A DNA stretch of 46,670 nucleotides, the filler included, from Jimgerdemannia flammicorona (taxonomy: Eukaryota): NCBI GenBank assembly GCA_003990765.1. It is 2 parts of 2 records of this genome, joined end to end, with 100 filler letters (N's around TTAATTAATTAA, not from the genome) between each part and the next. Parts side by side here need not be neighbours in the genome. Positions count along the whole stretch, not along the records: positions 23,389 to 46,670 come from RBNJ01001125.1; 1 more part is not named here. The stretch is one strand, 5' to 3'. The notes under the pieces are model-generated. The model worked only from the letters and a program-made list of their open reading frames with translations. It searched no databases and had not been told where the DNA came from. This document shows positions 26,118 through 37,663 of this stretch, one piece after another (position 1 is the first letter of the stretch; each line of letters opens with the position of its first letter). Both the position numbers and the translations under genes were made by a program.

Positions 26118-26516
26118 ATCAAGTTAAGACAAACTACTAAGGCCCCAATCAAAGGAAGTCAAAAGGCAGCTGGATATGACCTGTATGCAGCTGAAGAAGC
26201 TATAGTTTCCAACTGAGAAGTCAAACAAGTCTATATAGGAATCAGTATCCAAATCCCTGAAAGACATGTTGGAAGAATATGCTGTCACAGTAGCCTAGTA
26301 TTGAAAGAACTCTCAGTAGAAGGAGGAGTCATTGACAAAGACTACACAGATGAAGTCATTGTTCTCATCTAAAACCACAGTTGGACATCCTTCAAGATCC
26401 CTATTGGTTTCTGCATTACCCAGATTCTATTTGAAAAAATCGAGTCAACTCTGACAGTCAAGGAAGTCCCTAAACTACTACCTACCATCCAAGGATCCAA
26501 AGGATTTAGCTCATCA
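26118..26516 (+). pseudogene. dut: Trimeric dUTPase domain between nucleocapsid and protease of element 1
   Basis: AAGYDLY, GRICCHSSL (RSG-like), GGVIDKDYTDE, ITQ, QGSKGFSSS correspond to motifs I-V, with two transition-type stops. Confidence 0.9.
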
Positions 26517-29500
26517 AACAAGGCCCCAACCCAACCTACCACAAGCAAAGAAGAACAATTCTATAAGAAAATCGAAGACAGATATGTATGTACCAAGTGG
26601 CCGATGTCTCTATGGTATTGAAATGTACTCATCCCAAATAATTGATGATTGCTTCTCTTGTGTCAACGAACTGGCTCAAAGAAGAACCAACAGAAGAAAA
26701 GCTCCTACAACCGAAATTACCACCATTGAATCAGACAAACTGCTTATACTTAAAGCTTTTGTCAACCGAGCACCTGTCAAGATTATGATAGACAGTGGTG
26801 CCTCAGGCAACTTCATCAATAAAGAGACAGCCAACAGACTCAAGGTCTTCACCTCTCCTGTACAACAAACTCAAGCAGTTGCTACAGCTGATGGAACCTC
26901 ACATATTATTAGCAAAGAAGTCTGTAATTTACCCTTCCGAATTAGTGACTACTGAGTACATGTTACCCTCCAAATTGTACCACTTCCTGACAATGAAATC
27001 ATCCTTGGAACCCTATGGTTAAAATAAGAGAACCCCATGATCGATTGGGTAAACCATTCTCTGACCATCAAGAAAGGATGCCATAACTTCAAACTATAAG
27101 GTGAAAAGGACCCACTCAACTCTAGTGACTCTGGACCAAAGATCACTCATATCAATAAGCTACAACTCAAGAAATTGACCAAGAAATACTCTCTTTTCGC
27201 AATCTCCATCTGCCCATCCAAAGGAGAACCCAAGAACTCTGAAGAAGACTTTTCCAAAGTTGATAGCCGCATCAGACCACTACTCCAGAAATTCCAAGAC
27301 ATATTCCTGAAGAAGCTCCTGAAAGGCCTACCTCCCAAACAAGTAGTAGACCATACCATCAAGACTATTCCAGATGCCAAACCAGCCTTCAAGTCAATCT
27401 ACCATATGTCTCCAAGAGAAATCAATACACTCAAGAAAGAAATCAACAAACTCCTAGAACAAGGATTCATCAGACCCAGTATATCACCCTATGGTACACC
27501 AGTCCTCTTTGTTGTCAAAAAAGGAGGAGACCTATGAATGTGTATTGACTACCATGACCTCAATAAACAGACCATCAAGAACTGTTACCCACTACTGAGG
27601 ATCGATGAAATATTTAATAAACTCACCAACCTGCAATTTATGAGCTCCTTTGACCTGTAAAATGGTTACTGGCAAATTGTCATGAAAGAAGAAGATATCT
27701 ACAAGACAGCCTTCTGAACTTACTATGGATACTTTGAGTTCCTGGTTATACTCTTTGGCTTAACTAATGCTCCAGCAACCTTCCAGACACTGATGAATAT
27801 CATTCTGCATCCATACCTGAACAAATTCATTGTTGTCTACATTGATGACATCCTAGTCTTTAGTAAAACCCTGGAGGAACATCTCGAACACCTTGAACTA
27901 GTACTACTGAAACTCTGAGAAAACCAACTCTTTGCAAAACTCAGCAAGTGCAAATTTCTCCTAAAAGAAATCCAATTCCTTGGACACATTGTCATACCAA
28001 ATGGAATTAAGATAGATCCCAGCAAAATCTCTGCAATCAAAGATTGGCCCAGACCCAAGAAGTTGAAAGACCTCCAGTCATTCCTGAGATTAGCAAACTA
28101 TTATAGGTGATTTGTTACTAACTTTGCTAAAATCACTACTGCCCTCACCCAAATGACCAAGTATAGCAAGAAAGAAGAATAGCCCTGGACCACAAAATAA
28201 GAAAAAGACTTCAACAATCTTATAAATTGGGGACCTGAGCAAGATACCACCTTTCAAGCACTAAAGGATGCCCTGATAACCACTCCAGTACTTCAAGCAG
28301 CAAACCCTGCACTACTATATGAAGTTACCACCAATGCCTCTGACCTAGCCCTTGAAGCAGTACTCATACAAGAAGGACTATCATTTCCATAAGTTCAATG
28401 ATGTGGAAATCAACTATGCAACCCACGAGAAGGAAATGCTAGCCATCATAGACACCCTGATCAAATAGTGACCATACCTAGAAGGATCACACTTCACTAT
28501 ATTGACTGACCACAAGTCATTAGTCAACATCAAGACACAGGCTACCCTTTCTCGAAAGCAAGCCAGATGGATGAAAATTCTCACCAACTTTAACTATGAA
28601 ATCCAGTACTACTCTGGCAAGGAGAATATTGTTGCTGATGCAATCTCAAGACTACTGATCGAAGAAGTTATCCAAACTCTTACTCTGGTTACCAACTCTA
28701 TCATGAAACAAATTATCACAGCATGCACTGATGATAAAGAAGCTCAAGTACTCTGAGAAACCCTGAACAGTGATGATGCTGACAAGCATACACAGTATCA
28801 TTAATACCAACTAAAGGACAATGCTATCTACTATAAGAACAGACTATATGTTCTAAACAACCAAGACCTCCAAAGGACTATTCTATTCAAATATCATGAT
28901 GCCCCTATAGCTGGACATTTAGGATTTGATAAATGTTATGAAGTTATCTCCTGAAACTTCTATTGGTCCCACATGGCAGATCAGCTCAAGACCTACATTA
29001 CTTCCTGTGATGCCTGCCAAAGGAATAAGTCCTCAACACTAGCAAAACCTGGCCTACTCCATCCTATTCCAGTACCATCTGCTAATTGGAAACAAATCTC
29101 TATGGACTTCATTGTACAACTACCCCAAACCAAGAATAAAAAAGATGCAATTGTTGTCTTTGTGGACTATCTCAGCAAACAAGCCCACTTTGTGCCAACT
29201 ACTATAAATGTAATAGCACCAGACATAGCCACACTATTGTTTGACAACATCTTCTGCTATCATGGTCTTTCTAAGATCATTGTTAGTAACCAAGACCTGA
29301 AATTTACCAGCCATTTTTGAAAAGCCCTCCATGTGCACCTTGGAACAAAACTTGCACTATCTACAGCCTTTCACTCTAAAACTGATGGCCAAACTGAAAG
29401 AATGAACTGAACTCTGGAACAAATGCTGAGGAACTATGTTTCCTACAGACAAGATGATTGACACGAATACCTCATTGCAGTCAAGTTTACCTATAACAAC

Positions 29501-30385
29501 AGCAAGTAAGCCTCTCTTAGAATAACTCCATTCTTTGCCAATACTGGACAAAACCCAAACACTCCTCTGACACTTATCCAAACTACTGATTAACCCTCAA
29601 CAGTTAAGGCTGTTGAAGAATTCCTATACCAAATGTGCAATCTAAGCCAGATTACAATTGAGAACTTATTGTGAGCTCAAGAACAATAGTTACAGTATGT
29701 TAACCAACATTGCCAAGAAGAAACCTTTGACATTGGAGAAAAGGTTCTACTAGACATCTGAGGATACCGAGTTGACAACCTTAAGCACAGACCATCTACA
29801 AAGCTGAATAGCAAGTTCATTAGACCATTTGAAGTCATCACACAAGTCTCTCCTACCTCCTACAAACTGGTGCTACCAGACACCATTAAGATTCACCTAG
29901 TCTTTAATGTCCAATATCTCAAGTGATATAATGAGAACAATGATGAGCTATTTTCAAACTGGACCACCAAACCACCTGCACCTGTTATTATTAATGACCA
30001 AGAAGAATATGAAGTTGAATAAATCCTCAACAAATGTAGCCACAAAAACCACCCAGAGTACCTTGTCAAATAGAAAGATTACCCAATCCATGATGCAACC
30101 TGAGAACTCAAGACCAATCTCCAGAATGCTACCAACATAGTTCAGGAATATGATTTCTTGAACAACTGAAATACAAATACTTCAATACCATCAGTACATA
30201 CTAAAAATATTATATCTCCTGAATATTATAATTATCGCAAACCAAACCAAGAACTCAGCAAAACAAGACAAGAATACTGACCCTCTGGAAAAATAGCAAA
30301 ACTGAAAGCAAGCCTATTCTTTCTATACTACTGAACAAAATTAGAAGGCCCCGATGAGGACATCAAAAGCTAAGAAGGGGAGAGT

Positions 30386-31427
30386 TGTAAGTGCACAACC
30401 TCCAAGCCACCAAAATCACACATCACCCTCTAAACAAAGCTACTGAAATTACATGTAACCTTCGAACAAATCTGGAAATCACTTGCTTGATCACGAAGCT
30501 AAGTTAACATGAAGTCACAGAACATAAGATTTACATAAACAGAATCTTATTAATCAGAACCAAATGTATATATACTGAGTACCGAGATGTGTTGAACAGA
30601 GAACCAAAACAAACAACAACCACAACTTCTGAACATACCCAAATATGACTACTGAGATCTACAACCACATTCATGCTGACATTTGGAATGCCATTGTCAA
30701 CCAAGCCACACCCCCTCTACCCCTCATGAATATCCATAACCTAGCACCCCTTTACTTCATGGAAGCCTGATGGAATGCCCTGAACATGCTTAACGAGGTC
30801 TACCAAATTGGACAAATCTCAAGCTACTACCAGATTGGCTGTCTCCTGGAAGACATGGTCGAATACTACCATGATACAGACATTACTCAGATGTCTCAAC
30901 ACCAGAAGCTTATTGCTTGCAAACATCAAGAACTCTTCTATGAATATAGCATTGTTATTTCCTGCCTCCAAGTTACCACAGCTGAAATGATTGCTACCCT
31001 ATCCTATGGTCAAATCAATGACATGATATAAGAACTCAACCACAAGTACCTTGAGTATGTTGAAACCACAGACAGAACCTTCCCACACCCCAATGATCAT
31101 ATCCTGCAAATGCCCCAAGTTATAATATAATCCACTTTGATGAAGACAAAGCAGAAGACAATGATTCCTCTGATGCTGATATGACCTCTAGCCAAGGATC
31201 TCTGCCAACTCTGATCACACCACTAACCTTACCAATGAACTTATAACAGTTTATAACTACCTATGAAACTTATTGGAACAATGACCACTGGTATGAATAC
31301 CAACCTGCATTTATCTATATGAAATTGATCTTGACCATAAGAAAACAGTCTTCCAGAATATCCAGAACTTCCAGAAAAACCCTTCCTGAACTATATAATG
31401 GTTACCCTAAAAAGCAACCCTCTGATA
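30386..31427 (+). repeat. 3' LTR of element 1, containing ORF-X; probably internally deleted
   Basis: Starts TGTAA right after the PPT. 31317-31427 matches 23970-24081, but the 5'LTR segment 23618-23969 has no counterpart here. Confidence 0.8.
30645..31318 (+). pseudogene. Accessory ORF-X inside U3 of element 1 LTR
   Basis: MTTEIYNHIHADIWNAIV...PPLPLMNIHNLAPL...QISSYYQIGCLL...LIACKHQELF...ISCLQVTTAEMIATLSYGQI, then an acidic stretch after a frameshift near 31110. TATA-like TGTATATATA at ~30565. Stops at 30768 (TGA) and 31029 (TAA). Confidence 0.75.
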
Positions 31428-32725
31428 GGAGCATTATAAGAAGCCAATGCTCTCTCTATAGCTGACTTCCTGTACTGAGAAATCAGCTTCCACTATAAGA
31501 CACCAAAACAAATCATCACAGACTGTGGCACAGAATTTGTCAATAGATTCTATGAGATAATGTATCAGAAATACAAGATTCAGTACATCAAGACCACCAC
31601 ATACCACCCTCAAGGAAATGGATAGACAGAAAGAACCAACAAAACCCTCAAGAACATCCTGGTAAAGATTTCAGACATATACAAAAATTGGGATAACTAC
31701 CTCCTAACTGTCCTCTCTGTCCTACAAGACATACAGTCACAGAGTACACACTTTACTCCAAGAGAACTGCTCTTTGGAGAAGAAGATTCCAATGAAACCT
31801 CAGTCACAAATCTAGATCTAACTTGGAGATAAGTTGACTTAGAAATCCAGAGACTATACTAAATCAGGAAGAAGGCTGAAGATTACATCACCAAGTTACA
31901 AGCACTGATAAGAAAGAATGCAGAAAAGAATCACAAGACTCTAGAACCTATCCAAATCAGAGAAAAGGTCCTACTGTATTGAAATATAATAGAAGCCTTA
32001 TGGTTGTGAAAACTAGAGTCCAAATAAGAAGAACCCTTCTATGTACAAGATATTAAGAGGATTACCTTCTGGCTTAGAAAACTCTCAGAGACCATACTGT
32101 CTACCATAGTATATAGGAACAGACTCAAAAAGTATCATGAACCTATTGTAGTATGTGGTTTGTATCCCTAGTTGCTTCTGGCATGGCTCAATGTGCCACT
32201 TGGTGAAGCGCGCAATGTATAACTGAAGGCATTGGTGATGTTCGCAGGTTGATGGTCACGTGACAGGTCATTCGATTCGTGCAGTAATTGATAATAGCGG
32301 GACTTTGATTGTTCAACGATGGTGGCTCAATTGTTTAGTGGATAAGGGCATTCCTGGTGGTGATTAACTTGGTGGCGATTAACTTGAACTTATGTGGTGA
32401 CAATGGGCTTGGCTTTAAGCAGTTCGTGGCACAGTAGGTCGAGAAAACGGAGGTTGATGGCTCGCTCATCCATCTTGGTTAACTTGAAAGGTTCCTGGTG
32501 GTCGTTTGGGTCTTTAGCAGTAGTCTTGTATCCTTTGGCTGGGTAACTTGGGTTCCTTGGGTTCTTTAGCTGTGTTGCCAGGGTCTTGAATCTCGAATGA
32601 TGGTCGAATGCACGGTCCGAATGGCAGTCTGAATGCACGGCGGTTGTAGTCTTGAATCCTTGGCTAGGTCTCGGGTCTCGAATGGCGGTTGAATGGCAGC
32701 AGTCGGGTAACATTTTCTTTCCATA

Positions 32726-33057
32726 GCAAGAGAAAATTCTTTAACTCAAACTTCTGAGTGATCTGTTGCTCTAGGTTGTTATCTTGTTCTCAGAATTTAT
32801 CCAGTCTCTTGGAGGTAGTGGTTTCTTTGTAATCCTTTTTACTTTTAAACACAAACTGACTGACTTGCGGGTGGTCCATGGTCTTGAATCCTTTTTGTGG
32901 TGGCAAAACTTGAAATTCAGGCGGCAAGAGAAATTCCTTAACTCAAACTTCCGAGCGATCTGTTGCTCTAGGTTGTTATCTTGTTCTCAGAATTTTCCAG
33001 TCTCTTGGAGGCAGTGGTTTCTTTGTAATTCTTTTTACTTTTAAACACAAACTGACT
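32726..33057. repeat. ~135-bp direct duplication within solo LTR C
   Basis: 32726-32861 and 32924-33057 are nearly identical; differences include CTGAGTGA vs CCGAGCGA (CpG>TpG). Confidence 0.9.
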
Positions 33058-33530
33058 AAGGTTTATTCACTCTAAGAATATGGGTTATTTATACAAGTTT
33101 GCTAGCTATGGACACGGCTAAGATATACTATATTGTAGTGAACATTCACTATGCTATTGGCTTGCATGATGCGAGGTGCAGGCTATTGTTTACTACAGAT
33201 TGGGTTGTAGGGGATAGTAATGCTGGATTCGGATGAGCAGACAGGAATACTGATTGTTGCCAGAAATGGTTGTGGAGAGTGGCAACGCTGAAAACAGGTA
33301 TGACAATTGTTTGCGCCAAATTGGGATAAGATGAGTGCTAGTGCTGGATATGGATGTTGTGGGTGGTATCGCCGAAAACAGGTGTTGCTAACTTGCTGAC
33401 AAAACGCTGAAAATGGTGGCACTGGATAGCAATGCTGGAAACGGTTGTGCTGAGTAGCAATGCTGGATTCAGACTTGCTGACTTGCTGACATGAAGGCTG
33501 CACAATTTTCACGGCTGACGAGTGGTATTT

Positions 33531-34517
33531 CTAGAGGAAATAGTACCCTTTGTCTGCGGCAGGCAAATCTTGCTGGGTTAAGATTTCTTCTTCATCATAC
33601 CTCTCTTCAAAAGGGGGAAGCACCAGCCAAGAGGTGAGGGGGTAGAAAAGTGGCCAGTCATCTTCAATAACATTTTCCAATCCCTGAACTACTTGAATGC
33701 AGACAGAGGACTGGTAGACTCTCTGTTGCTCCTCTTCTTCTTCTGAAGACTTGTCAGTTTCAGTGTCAGAGGGGGTTTCTTCAGGAGCAGGGTCTTGGAG
33801 TTCTTGGGCCTCCTCTTTGAAGACAGGAACTTCTTGGGTTTCTTCTCGATTCGGTTCCCAAATGATGAGGTGTGAATTGTGGCTGACAGAGTGGTGAGTG
33901 GTTGGGGTAGCTCCAACAGGTGCCTCTATAATGATGGGTGGTCCTTCAAATATCTCCATAAGACTCATTAGGTGACCTTGATGGTTGTCTTGGAGTGGAG
34001 TAGTGTGGGAACCTGGCTGAGTGAGTTCAGTTTGTTGGCTTCCTACAGCAATGTGGTTGCTGCCAATAGAGTTGGCTACTTCAGATTCTATCCAGTCAGT
34101 ATCTTTGGTTGATAGGTGGGAGAGGCTACCAGCTGTTACTCCTTGCAAGTGTGCTATAGCCCAGGGAATATGGCAGAAGATTTGGTGGACATGGAGGGCT
34201 CTCTTGATTAGCCGGCTGGTGGTTAACAATTCGGTAATGAGGTCTTCCCGGTCATCTTCTTGAGTCTCATTGTAAAGGCAGTGTCCGATTTCGTAGTCAT
34301 GCCAGAGGGTCATTCGTTTGGTAGTGTCTTTGAGCTGTTGGGTCATTATATACCGGTAGTTGATGAAGTGTCCAAGATCCTTGGTGTAGAAGTTCAAGTA
34401 TTCGGAAGTATCTGGGTGCCAGATGGCCTTCTTGATAGCTTCAAAGATCAGGGTCTTTGGGCCAGGCAAAGGGGTAGAGCAGCGGGAGGTCTGGTTGGAT
34501 CAGCGAATGGGAGGTAT
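33531..34517 (-). CDS. Accessory ORF-X, best-preserved copy (312 open codons; probable original ATG now ATA at 34517-34515 and one early TGA)
   Basis: IFEAIKKAI...HFINYR...LWHDYEIGHCL...KRALHVHQIFCHIPWAIAHLQGVTAGSLSHLS...acidic tail. TATA-like TATTTAA at ~34579-34573. Confidence 0.75.
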
Positions 34518-35347
34518 TATGTGGTGGGTATTTGGTTCTTTGGTACCGATCCCTGAGGTAGAGTATGGTTCCTTAAATAATGTGGTCTTCATTTTGGCTC
34601 AGATCATCTTGTCTTCTTTTGGGATGATCACCTAATAGGTCAGGCTGTCTATTTGATTGTCACGCCATTAAGTCATCTGATCTTAGCAGTCACTGGTACT
34701 CTGTTGTCAATTGTATACATTACACTATATAAGAGAAGTAAAATGTAATGACTACCTATAAGGTTCTTGTTCATGAATCATAATAGTATATCCTTTAATC
34801 AGTAAACAATCTGTCTGGACCATTCTCTAAGAGATATAGCACCAGCAACTACTCATCTATAAGACTTTCAAAGCCAGAGGAGTTCAAACTGTCAACTGAT
34901 TGGTCAAGATCAGAATCAGGTCCTTGCTCTATATAAAGAGAGTAACTCTTCACCATCATGCCAAAATATATAGAGAAGATACTAGTCCATAAATACCACT
35001 TTTTGACTCTCTGCCAGAGGTTATAGAATTAGCAAATTTTTCAGAACTGGACTAATGAATAAGGACATTTAAGAAGATTCTTATTCAGGAGGAAGATATA
35101 ATGGTAACCTCAGAATGATAACATCAGTACAGGAGATAGCCTTCTTTATAAGCCATCAGATCAGAAGGAGATCATATAGCATGACTCACCTAGGCTATTA
35201 AATGAGTAATGATGACCAACTGTGAGTCATTGTGACTACAGTACAGGTATCTTGAGGAATATAAAAGAAGGATCAAGGAACTGCAATAGCAGTAACTTAA
35301 CAAGACCCACTAATCCCAAAATAGCTCAAAGACTTACCACAAATAAA

Positions 35348-36157
35348 ATACCTGCTGCTTGCCAAATCTCAAGGTCAAGGAACAACCAAGGTCTCTCAGT
35401 CAAAGAAAGGATGTTCCAAAATATCAGAAGAGCTATGAGAACCTATACAAGAAGGACTCCTAGTCTCAACCTGGATACTAAGAATCCTTATCACTTTATC
35501 TTCTACTACTATGAAATAGAAACAAGGATCACCATTATTACTAAATATCTCCAAATATAGTAGAAGTACAAAATAAGAAATCTTCTCTGCTGGGAATTCC
35601 CTCAAGCCAGCTCTCAAGAGCTACAAGATATCACTCTTATAGATATATATAAAATAAGAACAGCCAAGAAGATTCATCAGATCTTTAGATATATACTATA
35701 GTTAATCTCTAATTTGGAGTATACCAGAGTCTCAGACTTCAGAGATCTATCAGTCCACTGTATCAATGCACTAGAAGCCAGAGTGGCAACAGAAGCTCAG
35801 TCCACTATCACCTTTGATAGTGATGAGATAGAAGAGTTCTGGTATCTCATCCTCCAGAACAACCCAGATCAATTCCTATAAGGATTGATCTCTACATTCT
35901 AAGGTCCAAACATCCAGATTAGATCTCTCCAAGATCTCATATTTATTCCTTATTTTGTAGAAGAGAACCTCATAGACTAAAGAGCCCCAGATCTTCTTAC
36001 TCTCCCCACCACTGCCAAATGTAATGACATTATCAGCAATGATGTCATCTTATATAACATATGTGAAATGTACAATGAAACTGATCTCATCTCCTTTGAA
36101 GACATCCTGACCTCTGATGAAGATGAAGCTCCTATAGTCCTGAATATTCTGCTCTAA
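35348..36157 (+). pseudogene. Accessory ORF-X inside U3 of family B 3' LTR
   Basis: Single frame of 270 codons, start ATA (ATG in the other LTR copy), with transition-type stops. Lies upstream of TGTATAAATA (~36415) and AATAAA (~36444). Confidence 0.75.
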
Positions 36158-37663
36158 GTCTCTTGGTTATACTAAATTATAATAGTATTCTTTTCCTATG
36201 TAACAGCTATTCCTCTACTGGTATTTTGACCTTATGTGACTCAGAATTATTCCAGCACTCTTTTCCTATACCACCAAAATTATACCAGTATCCTAAACCT
36301 ATACAACTATCTGTACTGACACTAGAACTTAGCAGTTTTCTGTATTCCAGTATTTTATTTGGTTATTAGAATTTATATTTAGCTTTATATCTTAGCAACT
36401 ATTAAATTATATTTTGTATAAATACCCCTCTTATTTCCTTCAAAATAAAGTTAGTTCCTCTCAATACAATATGTATAATTTCTTATAAGCAATCTAAAGA
36501 GATAACAAGACAGTTTAAAGATAAGAAGTTTGAGGACTATAAGATCTTGGAAAGATACTCCAATAAGAACTTACTTATAACAAACTTGAGTTAGTCTAAG
36601 AGATACACCTTGAAGAGAATCTGATATATTTGAAGAACTCAGCAACCACTATGTGACAATATATAAAACTAAAGAGTGGTATTATTTTTATTTTACTCTC
36701 CTATATTATTACAAGTAATTTCTAGATATTTCTTATCTTTATTCAATTGCTTAATCTTATCAAAGACTAGACTAAGTATACTATTTAGATCTTTCCTAAG
36801 AAGTTCATTCTCATTTAGTATATAATTGATTTATTTTCATACTACTTCATTCTGAATATCAAATAAATATACTTTGTAAGTACTAAGATAATATATCTTA
36901 TCAATCTATTGATCTGAATAGAGTACATAGATATTTTAGACTTAGTTATAACTATAATAGGTAATAATATCAATATTGCAATATTGAGCTATATTATATA
37001 TTTATCAATAGATATTGATTGATGAGTTTCTATATTCTTTTATCAACTTAGTATTTTTATTATATATAATAATTTTATTCTAACTTGGCTTTTGTAAGAT
37101 ATTCTTTATATTTCTTTAATAAATCCTAGATGTCTTTCTCTTTATAAATATTGAATTGTAAGTTATTTTATAATATTAATAAATATTATATAAATTATTT
37201 CAGGGACTTATAATTTTTAGAAAACATCAAGTATATACAGAGTATTATTTTCTTCTAAACTGATTAAAAAGTCATAGTGAATAGACTTATAGCTCATTTC
37301 TATTAGCAAAAAGATAATTTATTATATAACCTAATTAATATTTCTGACTAGACTAGATAATCTATATACTTTAGTATAGTTTAAGAGAAATTTTTTTACT
37401 ATAATAGTGTAATGGTGACCTCAGAATAATGATATCAGTATAAGAGACAGTCTTTTCTTATAAGCCACCAGATCAGAGCACAAGAAGATCATATAGCATG
37501 ATCACTCAGACTACAAGATGAGTAATGATGACCAACTGTGAGTCATTGTAACCACAGTATAGGTATCTTGAGAAATATAAAAGAAGAATCAAGAAACCAC
37601 AGTAGCAGCAACTCAACAAGACCCACCAATTCCAAAATAGCTCAAAGACTTACTATAAATTAA

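Larger units (their letters stand above)
23618..31427 (+). mobile_element. Chromovirus (Ty3/Gypsy) element 1: LTR-PBS-gag-dUTPase-PR-RT-RH-IN-chromodomain-PPT-LTR; inserted into another element's integrase
   Basis: 5'LTR remnant 23618-24081 and 3'LTR 30386-31427 share their last ~110 nt and end at the same base (CCCTCTGATA). PBS 24085-24096, CFYC*KTGHMASTC ~25988, DSGAS 26791, YIDD 27838, YHD..AGHLG..CDAC ~28890-29016, TDGQTERMN ~29380, chromodomain EEYEVE*IL...YLVK*KDY...AT*E ~30002-30120, PPT 30372-30384. Confidence 0.92.
32147..34724 (-). mobile_element. Large (2578 bp) solo LTR, family C, encoding ORF-X in U3
   Basis: Minus-strand termini TGTAATGT...ATACTACA, with a 4-bp TSD CTAT at 32143-32146 and 34725-34728. 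Promoter/poly(A) core CTTGTATAAATA...AGAGTGAATAAACC (~33098-33060) is shared with family A LTRs. More CpGs are retained than in flanking DNA. Confidence 0.8.
31428..36658 (+). mobile_element. 3' part of non-chromovirus Ty3/Gypsy family B element: integrase (31428-32146), 3' region (34725-35086), PPT, 3' LTR (35097-36658); split by a solo LTR
   Basis: IITDCGTEF, TTTYHPQGNG*TERTN and KLESK*EEPF, with no chromodomain. Purine tract AGGAGGAAGA 35087-35096. LTR TATAATGG...GTGACA is a direct repeat of 37408-39036. Confidence 0.85.

Noticed and set aside
30345..30372. Hammerhead ribozyme core (CCGATGAG)
   Set aside because: No closing stems or GAAA partner; it matches the GAGGAC motif seen just upstream of the PPT in the other LTR elements here.
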